NCBI GenBank assembly: GCA_044232665.1
Contig: JBIILL010000001.1
Coordinates: forward strand, 1-34,336
Source of the DNA: Candidatus Planktophila sp.
GTDB taxonomy: Bacteria > Actinomycetota > Actinomycetes > Nanopelagicales > Nanopelagicaceae
Reading direction: 5' to 3'
DNA: 34,336 nt
Of the stretch, positions 26,909-34,336 are shown one piece after another; the first letter of the stretch is position 1, and every line of letters begins with the position of its first letter. The notes beneath the pieces were generated by a model that saw only the letters and a program-made list of their open reading frames with translations, searched no databases and was not told where the DNA came from. The translations under genes were made by a program, and so were the position numbers.

Positions 26909-27676
26909 GTGAGTTATAAGGGATCTTCGCAACCTCTTGCGGTAATTACTGGTGGAGCTAATGGAATTGGTTTAGCAACGGCGCATCAACTTGCACAAGA
27001 TGGCTATGACCTTTTCTTAATTGACAAGGACCTTTCTAATCTTGAAATAGCGAAGAAACAATTAGGAGTTCACAATCGTAAGGTCGAAATACTCAATATT
27101 GATCTCTCGGAAAGCGAGCATGTACTGAGCGAACTTGGTAAAAAGTTTAGCCAGTTTGAGGTAGATGCCCTCGTAAATAACGCTGGTATTGGCTTTGCCA
27201 GAACCGTTGAACAGACGACTATTGAGGAATGGGACCTAACTTTTGCCGTAAACATCAAGGCCACTTTCTTGATGTGCAAGCTCATAGTTCCTCAAATGGT
27301 TGCACGTAAAAAAGGAGTAATCGTCAATGTGGCTTCTGCCGGAGCACTCATTGGACTTAAAAACAGAGTCGCCTACTGTGCATCTAAGGCTGCAGTGGTT
27401 GGTTTAACACGGTGTATCGCAGCAGATCATGCATTAGATGGCATTCGAATTAATGCAATTGCACCAGGAACAGTTGATTCGACGTGGATAGGCCGAATAC
27501 TTTCTGATGCCCCTGATCCTGTTGCGACTAGAAAGATGATGGAAGCGCGTCAGTTAGATGGAAAGATGGGAACCCCAGAAGAGGTTGCCCATGGAATTGC
27601 ATTCTTGCTCAGCCCAGAAGCCCGATTTGTAAATGGCACCGTGTTTTCAATGGATGCTGGACTCACCGCAGTATGA
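26909..27676 (+). CDS. SDR oxidoreductase, 2-keto-3-deoxy-L-fuconate 4-dehydrogenase-like
   Basis: TGGANGIG, NNAG, YCASK, AADH, PGTVDSTWIGR, ARQ...G; adjacent to the FAH gene. Confidence 0.8.
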   Translation: MSYKGSSQPLAVITGGANGIGLATAHQLAQDGYDLFLIDKDLSNLEIAKKQLGVHNRKVEILNIDLSESEHVLSELGKKFSQFEVDALVNNAGIGFARTVEQTTIEEWDLTFAVNIKATFLMCKLIVPQMVARKKGVIVNVASAGALIGLKNRVAYCASKAAVVGLTRCIAADHALDGIRINAIAPGTVDSTWIGRILSDAPDPVATRKMMEARQLDGKMGTPEEVAHGIAFLLSPEARFVNGTVFSMDAGLTAV

Positions 27677-28284
27677 AGTCTGGTGTAATCGCAGTCATTC
27701 GAACTGATGATCCGGATATTGCTGCAACTCTGGCTCGGGGCTTTAATTCGACAAGTGTTGATGCCATCGAAATCACCATGACAGTTCCTAATGCTTTGGA
27801 AATTATTGAGAAGTTAATTGAAGAAGGTGTCACACGTATAGGTGGCGGGACTGTAAGAAGTATTGAACAGGTTCAAAGGTTGCGCTCTATGGGCGCAGCA
27901 TTTGGAGTTGCCCCAAATTTTGATGAGGCAATTCTTAAAGAAGCCGTTCGCCTAGGCTTACCTTTCACACCCGGCACGTTAACTCCATCTGAAATGGTCC
28001 GCGCCCAACAACTTGGTGCGACCAGTTTGAAGGTATTCCCAATTAGCGCAGTCGGCGGAATTGAATTCGTTCATAGTGTTTTGGAGCCCCTGCCTGATCT
28101 AGCCCTGGTTGTCTCCGGCGGAGTTCAACCCGCAGAGGTGCGCTCTTATATTGATGCAGGGTGTGTTGGCGTTTGCATGGGCGGTGCCCTGTGGAGCCAA
28201 GAAATTGCCGCTACCCACGATGTAAGTGCTGTTCAAAACTATGCGAGCAAAGCCCTTGAGAGGATTGCCAGCTCGGCCAGATAA
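27673..28284 (+). CDS. eda: KDPG/KHG class I aldolase family
   Basis: VIAVIR, IEITMT, GGGTV, PGTLTPSE, Schiff-base KVFP, SGGV; ATGA overlap. Substrate may differ from KDPG. Confidence 0.82.
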   Translation: MKSGVIAVIRTDDPDIAATLARGFNSTSVDAIEITMTVPNALEIIEKLIEEGVTRIGGGTVRSIEQVQRLRSMGAAFGVAPNFDEAILKEAVRLGLPFTPGTLTPSEMVRAQQLGATSLKVFPISAVGGIEFVHSVLEPLPDLALVVSGGVQPAEVRSYIDAGCVGVCMGGALWSQEIAATHDVSAVQNYASKALERIASSAR

Positions 28285-28292
28285 CACACCTT

Positions 28293-28331
28293 TTGTATAC
28301 TGTTTACAATTTGAACTTTTAGCCCTACTCT
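28293..28331 (+). promoter_or_regulatory. ppdK promoter with overlapping cluster operator (TTGTATACTGTTTACAA, 28293-28309)
   Basis: TTTACA(28303-28308)-N17-TACTCT(28326-28331); the operator covers the -35. Confidence 0.65.
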
Positions 28332-28362
28332 TCAGCCCTACGTTGTTTATGGGGAGTAAGAA

Positions 28363-31080
28363 ATGACCAAGGTTGCAGCCTTTATCTATCCCTTTTCCTT
28401 CGGAGATAAAACGCAATCAGATCTTCTGGGTGGCAAGGGCGCTAACTTGGCAGAGATGGTCAAGATCGGACTTCCAGTTCCCCCTGGCTTCACGATAACA
28501 ACCCATGCATGTCGAGAATTCTTGCGCACTGGCGCACTGCCCCAAAAACTTGTTGAAGAGTTGGACGCTTCAATCAATCAACTGGAAAGCTCTTTGGGGC
28601 GAAGCTTTGGAGATCCCACAAATCCACTAATCATTTCTGTTCGCTCTGGTGCAAAGTTTTCAATGCCAGGAATGATGGAAACTATTCTCAATGTTGGAAT
28701 GACGCCTGATGTCGCAATTGGATTGGCCCAGCAAACTGGCAATCCAGGATTTGCGTGGGATTCTTACAGAAGATTTATTGACCTGTATGGACGAATAGTG
28801 TGTGGGATACCAAAAGACAGTTTTGGCGAAATTGATCAGACATATATTCAAGCCGCAAGTGTTAAGACAGTCGACAAGTTAGATTTTGAGCAAACCAAGT
28901 TACTTATTGCAGATTACATACAACTGATTGAAAAATATGAAGGCAAGCCTTTTTCTCTAAATCCTAGAGATCACCTACTTCGCTCTATTGAGGCTGTCTT
29001 TCACTCGTGGAACTCTGAGCGGGCCCAGCTGTATCGCCAGAGAGAAAGAATTCCTTCTGAGCTAGGCACAGCGGTAAATATTCAATCAATGGTGTTTGGC
29101 AATTTAACTGATGACTCTGGCACAGGCGTGGCATTCACGCGAAACCCTTCCACAGGTGAGTCTGGAAATTACGGTGACTACCTCGAACGAGCACAAGGTG
29201 AAGATGTAGTTGCAGGTATCCGAACCCCAATTTCCTTGCATGAATTTGCTCAGAAATACCCTACTGTTTATGCAGAACTTGATTCAACAATGAGCCTACT
29301 TGAAGATCACTACAGGGATCTTTGCGACATTGAATTCACCGTCGAAAAAGGAAAGCTCTGGATTTTACAAACTAGAGTCGGAAAGAGAACAGCTGAGGCA
29401 GCTTTTCGAATTGCTAGCCAACTAGTTGATGAAGGAAAAATCAACATTGATGAAGCGCTACTTCGGACCTCAGGTGAACAATTAGTTCATTTGATGTTCC
29501 CGCAATTTGATTTATCTACAACTACTTTAGAGATTGCAAAAGGTATCGCTGCATCACCTGGTGCAGCAGTAGGTGCGGTTGTCTTTGATTCTAAAAGAGC
29601 TCATGATCTTTCTTTAAGTGGCAAAAAGGTAATTCTTGTACGAAGAGAAACCAGCCCGGATGATTTAGTTGGAATGGTTGCATCTGAAGGTATTTTGACA
29701 AGCCGAGGTGGCAAAACTTCACACGCTGCAGTTGTTGCAAGAGGGATGGGAAAGACTGCCGTTTGTGGTTGTGAAAGTATTACCGTGGATGAAAGAGCAG
29801 GGTTGTTCTCAATTGGTAAGTACACCGTTCATGAAGGTGATGTTATTTCAATTGACGGAAGTACAGGGGCGGTCTATTTAGGAGAAGTTCCTGTAGTTGC
29901 TTCACACGTTACTTCCTATCTAGAAGGACGACTTGCTCCTGATAATCCCAAAGCACCTGCTGTTGTTAAGGCTGTTGACAGAATTCTTACCCATGCAGAT
30001 GCCGTTCGTACATTGCGTGTGCACGCCAATGCAGATACCCCAGAGGATGCCGTTAGATCAAGAATTCTTGGTGCTGAAGGCGTTGGACTTTGCAGAACCG
30101 AGCATATGTTTTTGGGACCTCGAAGAAGTTATATTGAAAGATTAGTTCTGGCAGAAAATGAAGAGATTCAAAACGGGGTCATTGCTGAGATGGAACCCCT
30201 TCAAAGAGCAGACTTCGTTGGAATTATGATGGCGATGTCTGGATTGCCTGTAACTGTGCGGCTACTTGATCCTCCACTCCATGAATTCCTGCCACCGCTA
30301 TCAATATTGATGGCCGAAAGATCTAGATCAGAGGCTCTTAACTTAGAAATTTCACCACGTGACACAGCAATTTTCTCTGCCGTGCAAAGAATGCACGAAG
30401 CAAACCCAATGCTTGGCTTACGTGGAGTAAGGCTTGGCATCTTGATTCCCGAGCTATATAAAATGCAGGTTCGTGCACTTGTGCACGCATTTATTGAAGT
30501 TCAAAGACTTGGCCATACTCCACTTCCAGAAGTCATGATCCCCTTAGTGGCAACGCAAAGAGAGTTGCTACATTTGAGAGAAACTCTTGAGCACGAGATA
30601 AAACTGACTCTTGATCATGCTGGACAAAGCACAACCTTCCCTATTGGAACCATGATTGAAACTCCACGAGCAGCAATCACTGCAGATCGCTTAGTTCCTT
30701 ACGCTGACTTCTTCTCCTTTGGCACAAATGATTTAACTCAGCTAACTTGGGCATTTAGCAGAGATGATGTTGAATCCTCATTCTTGCCTAGGTATTTGGA
30801 TTTAGAGTTGCTGCCTTTCAATCCCTTTGAATCACTTGATGAAGCAGGAGTGGGAATTCTTGTAAGAACCGCTGTTGAGCACGCTAGAAAGCTCAATCCA
30901 GATTTCAAACTAGGCATCTGCGGAGAACATGGCGGAGATCCTCGCAGTATTCATTTCTTTAACTCTTTAGGAATTAACTATGTCTCATGTTCCCCATTTA
31001 GAGTTCCAATCGCACGACTAGAAAGTGGAAGAGCGGCAATAAGCAGTACTAATGCTTCAGGGGTTGGTAACAATGCTTGA
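28363..31080 (+). CDS. ppdK: Pyruvate, phosphate dikinase
   Basis: LLGGKGANL, VRSGA..SMPGMM, catalytic His in GKTSHAAVVAR, GLCRTEHMF, FSFGTNDL, GICGEHGGDP. Confidence 0.97.
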   Translation: MTKVAAFIYPFSFGDKTQSDLLGGKGANLAEMVKIGLPVPPGFTITTHACREFLRTGALPQKLVEELDASINQLESSLGRSFGDPTNPLIISVRSGAKFSMPGMMETILNVGMTPDVAIGLAQQTGNPGFAWDSYRRFIDLYGRIVCGIPKDSFGEIDQTYIQAASVKTVDKLDFEQTKLLIADYIQLIEKYEGKPFSLNPRDHLLRSIEAVFHSWNSERAQLYRQRERIPSELGTAVNIQSMVFGNLTDDSGTGVAFTRNPSTGESGNYGDYLERAQGEDVVAGIRTPISLHEFAQKYPTVYAELDSTMSLLEDHYRDLCDIEFTVEKGKLWILQTRVGKRTAEAAFRIASQLVDEGKINIDEALLRTSGEQLVHLMFPQFDLSTTTLEIAKGIAASPGAAVGAVVFDSKRAHDLSLSGKKVILVRRETSPDDLVGMVASEGILTSRGGKTSHAAVVARGMGKTAVCGCESITVDERAGLFSIGKYTVHEGDVISIDGSTGAVYLGEVPVVASHVTSYLEGRLAPDNPKAPAVVKAVDRILTHADAVRTLRVHANADTPEDAVRSRILGAEGVGLCRTEHMFLGPRRSYIERLVLAENEEIQNGVIAEMEPLQRADFVGIMMAMSGLPVTVRLLDPPLHEFLPPLSILMAERSRSEALNLEISPRDTAIFSAVQRMHEANPMLGLRGVRLGILIPELYKMQVRALVHAFIEVQRLGHTPLPEVMIPLVATQRELLHLRETLEHEIKLTLDHAGQSTTFPIGTMIETPRAAITADRLVPYADFFSFGTNDLTQLTWAFSRDDVESSFLPRYLDLELLPFNPFESLDEAGVGILVRTAVEHARKLNPDFKLGICGEHGGDPRSIHFFNSLGINYVSCSPFRVPIARLESGRAAISSTNASGVGNNA

Positions 31081-32002
31081 ATCAATACCGATTGAAGACA
31101 TTCAAAAAGTAACAGTTGCTGCTGCTGAAAGCGTAATTGATCTGCATGGGTCAATGGATAAGAACTTGATTGATGGCGCAGCCGTCAATGCAATGCGAGC
31201 AGCTCTCAATAACATTGCGATGGCAGGAACAGTAGTAATAGGCGAAGGCCAAAAAGACAATGCACCCATGTTAAGAACTGGGGAAAAGGTAGGAAATGGT
31301 CTTGGCATAGCAGTTGATATAGCAGTTGATCCTATTGACGGAACATCTTTGGTAGCCAAAGGAAAAGTTGGCGCAGTTAGCTTAATTGCTTTTTCTCCTA
31401 GTAACACCATGTTTAATCCGGAAGATAACTTCTATATGTATAAATTAGTCACAGGGCATGAAGCCGCATCTAAGGTTTCAATAACTCGACCATTGGTGGA
31501 AAATCTACATATTATTGCAGAGGCGAAGTCTAAGAAGATTAATGATTTAGTCGTCAATGTTTTGCGTAGGCCAAGACATGAAAAATTGGCACTAGAACTA
31601 CAAGCACTCGGAATAACAGTTAGATTTTTTGATGACGGTGATGTAACAGCGGCATTAGCAACTTGTTTACCTCACACTGAGGTCGATGCAATGATTGGTA
31701 TCGGAGGATCACCAGAGGCAGTTATCGCAGCTGCAGGAATTATCGCTTTGGGTGGAAGTATTCAAACTCAACTAGTTTCTAAAAACGATGTTGATACTTT
31801 CTCACTCAATCCTCTCAAACCCCTTAATCTTCCAGTACTTACTAAATTTGACCTCATTCATTCAAATAATGTTTTATTGTCAATTACGGGAGTCTCCGAT
31901 AATGAACTTGTTAAAGGATTGAAGCGCGAGGGCAACAAAATTGTTTCAGACACATTGGTCATTGGTCGGTTAAATAATGGCCCTCTTGTGGTTCATATTT
32001 AG
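31073..32002 (+). CDS. glpX: Class II fructose-1,6-bisphosphatase (GlpX) family, divergent
   Basis: VVIGEG.KD.APML, DPIDGT, RPRH, DGDV, GIGG.PE. The likely start is the ATG at 31073 overlapping the ppdK stop. Confidence 0.85.
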   Translation: MLESIPIEDIQKVTVAAAESVIDLHGSMDKNLIDGAAVNAMRAALNNIAMAGTVVIGEGQKDNAPMLRTGEKVGNGLGIAVDIAVDPIDGTSLVAKGKVGAVSLIAFSPSNTMFNPEDNFYMYKLVTGHEAASKVSITRPLVENLHIIAEAKSKKINDLVVNVLRRPRHEKLALELQALGITVRFFDDGDVTAALATCLPHTEVDAMIGIGGSPEAVIAAAGIIALGGSIQTQLVSKNDVDTFSLNPLKPLNLPVLTKFDLIHSNNVLLSITGVSDNELVKGLKREGNKIVSDTLVIGRLNNGPLVVHI

Positions 32003-32005
32003 AGA

Positions 32006-32022
32006 TTGTCAACCGTTGACAA
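32006..32022. promoter_or_regulatory. Cluster operator, perfect palindrome TTGTCAACCGTTGACAA
   Basis: Contains the TTGACA -35 (32016-32021) of a possibly leaderless promoter (AAGATT at 32040-32045, ATG at 32051). Confidence 0.65.
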
Positions 32023-32050
32023 AAAAGGGCGATGAGAGAAAGATTCAGCC

Positions 32051-32860
32051 ATGACCTCAGCAAACTCCTTATTTGATCTCTCCGGACGAAGTGTATTGAT
32101 TACGGGTGGTGGAGGCGCACTCGGTGGCGCAATTGGTCTTGGTTTATCGCAAGCCGGTGCAGAAGTAATCATTGTCGATATCAATCTAAAAAATGCGACA
32201 AATGTAGCCAGCACCATCAAGTCGGCCGGTGGTGTAGCTCATGCATTTGAAGGTGACTTAAGTAAAGAGTCAGAGGTTGAAGAATTATTTACAAAAATCG
32301 ACAAGATTACATCTTTGAATATCTTGGTAAATGCAATCTCTGCGCCTCACTATCGATATTCGCCGGATTTAATGCCTATCAAGGACTGGGATAAAACACT
32401 TTCTCATGACCTCACTAGTTTTTTCCTTACCTCACGTGCTGCTGCTCAACGAATGATTAAGGCGGGCAAAGGAGGCAGCATAATAAACTTTAGTTCCATT
32501 GCTGGAGCAACATCATTGGGTCGTGGAAGTGTTGCTTATGGGGTTGCAAAAGCTGGAATTATTCAATTAACAAGAGATTGTTCTTTTGAGTGGGCTAAAC
32601 ACGGCATTCGAGTAAATTCGATTTTGCCCTGTCAATTTGAGAATGCAACTTGGGACGAATACAGACGAGATCCCGCAAGAGCAAAACTGGTGGAACGAGC
32701 AATATCCGGAATTCCTATGGGGCGCTTTGGTAATCCTGAGGAGATGGTAGGTCCTGTCCTTTTTCTCGCATCAGATGCTGCTTCGATGGTGACAGGAATT
32801 GCGATGCCTGTTGATGGTGGAAATTTGGCAATGAATCCTGGTGGAAGTATTGATTGGTAA
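32051..32860 (+). CDS. SDR oxidoreductase (paralog of 22110-22922)
   Basis: TGGGGALG, SSIAG, YGVAK, PVDGGNLA. Confidence 0.9.
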   Translation: MTSANSLFDLSGRSVLITGGGGALGGAIGLGLSQAGAEVIIVDINLKNATNVASTIKSAGGVAHAFEGDLSKESEVEELFTKIDKITSLNILVNAISAPHYRYSPDLMPIKDWDKTLSHDLTSFFLTSRAAAQRMIKAGKGGSIINFSSIAGATSLGRGSVAYGVAKAGIIQLTRDCSFEWAKHGIRVNSILPCQFENATWDEYRRDPARAKLVERAISGIPMGRFGNPEEMVGPVLFLASDAASMVTGIAMPVDGGNLAMNPGGSIDW

Positions 32861-32893
32861 TCAATCACATTAAAAAATCAAGGGAGAGAGTAA

Positions 32894-33682
32894 ATGTCTG
32901 AGCTACACTATCTACACGATATTCCATCACCTTATGACGCGCACTCCGTCCCTCTTGACACACCTCTAACTGGACCGCCTCCCGCGAGATTTAAGGATAG
33001 TGAAGTTCTTGTAGCGCAATACCGCACTAATCCAGCTGCAATCGCTGCTTTAGTTCCAAAACCTCTAGTACCTATTAGCGATGTCGTCATGGTGCAGATC
33101 GGACGTTGGGGTGATGTTGCAGGAATGGGAGCAAATACCCAAGAGGTTAATGTAATGGTTCAAGTCGAATTCAATGGACCGAATGGAAAAGTTACGGGTG
33201 CTTACTCCCCTTATTTTTATGTCGATAGCGATCGCGCAATGGCTGGCGGACGTGAATTCCATGGGCAACCAAAGCGGTTTGCCAATGTGCAATTAGAGAC
33301 TCGTGAAGATTTAATCGTCGGAACTATGCATCGAAATGGGATAAATGTATTTACCGCTACTTTGCCTTACAAATCTAAGCCTTGTGATATTTCAGAAGTT
33401 TCAAAGCGAGTAAACTTTATTAAGAATATTAATTTGAAGTTAATTCCTCAAATTGATCGTACAAGGGGAATTAGGCAACTCACCGCACGTGATTTTACAG
33501 ATGTAGAAGTTACTGAATGCTGGACCGGTCCAGTGACAAGCAGGATCGAGGAAAATGCTCAAGCCCCTATGTATCGGTTACCTGTTCTCCAGCATTTAGA
33601 AGGGTATTACTGGAAAGGTGCATTTTCTCTGGTTGGAGGCGTTGTGCTTCACGAGTATGAAGGTACTCCTACCCCAAAATAG
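32894..33682 (+). CDS. Acetoacetate-decarboxylase (ADC) superfamily protein
   Basis: PPARF, YRT.PAAIAALVPKPL, GREFHGQPKR (Schiff-base Lys), NLKLIP, P..RLPV. Confidence 0.85.
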   Translation: MSELHYLHDIPSPYDAHSVPLDTPLTGPPPARFKDSEVLVAQYRTNPAAIAALVPKPLVPISDVVMVQIGRWGDVAGMGANTQEVNVMVQVEFNGPNGKVTGAYSPYFYVDSDRAMAGGREFHGQPKRFANVQLETREDLIVGTMHRNGINVFTATLPYKSKPCDISEVSKRVNFIKNINLKLIPQIDRTRGIRQLTARDFTDVEVTECWTGPVTSRIEENAQAPMYRLPVLQHLEGYYWKGAFSLVGGVVLHEYEGTPTPK

Positions 33683-33732
33683 AATGTCTTTCTAAGTTTA
33701 TTTTGATCAACAATCTCAGATTCCATTGCCAA

Positions 33733-34335
33733 CTACATTCCAAAAGCTTCCTTAATTCTACTTTCCAGCGGATACTCCTTCGGCCCTTTATTAGGACCCT
33801 TCATCCACCATTCGTAATACACCGAAAGCATTGATTTGAGGTCAAAAGCCGGGGCAAATCCCAAACGAGTCAAAATCTTTTCTGAGCTCAGGAATGCATT
33901 ATTTTCTGGGAAAGGAAAAGCAACATTCTTTAAATCAAAATTAATGGTGTCAATTTGAAATTCCTCGGGTTGATATGAAACGACAATAGGTTCGATTCCA
34001 CATACCTCGGAAGCCAAATCAACAAAGCCACGGCTAGTTGTTGCTTGTGGAATTGCAAGGTTAAATTCTTCGCTTCCCTTACTTCTACTTAAGCTTAAGA
34101 TTCGAACTATTGCACTCGCAACATCTCCTGCATATATAAACGAGTGGATTGATTTGCCTCCATTTGCCAAAAATATTGGTTGCTTGGATAGCAGGCGACT
34201 AAATACGAATGACTCTCTATCTTCGTAGTTATCAGGACCCATAACAAATGGCAGGCGAAGGGCGGTTGTGTCAAAGGCACCTTTAGAACTAAATTCTCTA
34301 AGGAGTGATTCTGAGCGGATCTTTTCCGCCGCATA
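33733..34335 (-). CDS. NAD-dependent epimerase/dehydratase (extended SDR); 5' end outside the window
   Basis: The frame stays open to the window edge: YAAEK (YxxxK), LRLPFVMGP, FIYAGDVA, FNLA. Confidence 0.8.
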   Translation of the reverse strand, partial: YAAEKIRSESLLREFSSKGAFDTTALRLPFVMGPDNYEDRESFVFSRLLSKQPIFLANGGKSIHSFIYAGDVASAIVRILSLSRSKGSEEFNLAIPQATTSRGFVDLASEVCGIEPIVVSYQPEEFQIDTINFDLKNVAFPFPENNAFLSSEKILTRLGFAPAFDLKSMLSVYYEWWMKGPNKGPKEYPLESRIKEAFGM

Positions 34336-34336
34336 T

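Noticed and set aside
28321-28341. Direct repeat AGCCCTAC x2 upstream of ppdK
   Set aside because: Only 8 bp in two copies and overlapping the -10 box; could be chance.
1371-34334. Numerous other 60-150 aa ORFs in the track (e.g. 16617-16997, 19349-19798, 20259-20639, 28099-28416, 34107-34334)
   Set aside because: Nearly all lie antisense or off-frame within well-supported genes and show no recognisable motifs.

Overview
This is a gene-dense bacterial window of moderate GC with no tRNA/rRNA genes, CRISPR array, integrase or transposase. Protein style, promoter style and GC are consistent with a streamlined low-GC actinobacterium such as freshwater acI/Nanopelagicales (inference). The left 4.9 kb holds a partial L-fucose-isomerase-family gene that is missing from the ORF track, an atypical M24-fold hydrolase and a polar amino-acid ABC transporter. 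From about 5.1 kb to the right edge lies a ~29 kb catabolic cluster. It contains two ABC importers (Opp/Dpp-type and CUT1 sugar-type), four SDRs, a UlaG-like MBL hydrolase, an enolase-superfamily dehydratase, an FGGY kinase, FMN L-lactate dehydrogenase, a degenerate YrdC/Sua5 protein, an Ldh_2 oxidoreductase and a FadR-type GntR regulator. It also has a TPP-dependent E1 alpha/beta pair with a stand-alone lipoyl domain but no E2/E3, a D-2-hydroxyacid dehydrogenase, an FAH hydrolase, a KDPG-type aldolase, PPDK, a divergent GlpX, an acetoacetate-decarboxylase-family protein and a partial epimerase. A 17-bp palindromic motif (consensus TTGTNNACNGTNNACAA) recurs at almost every predicted promoter, suggesting one GntR regulon for an unidentified sugar-acid-like substrate. 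All assignments are by eye from motifs; no database searches were run.
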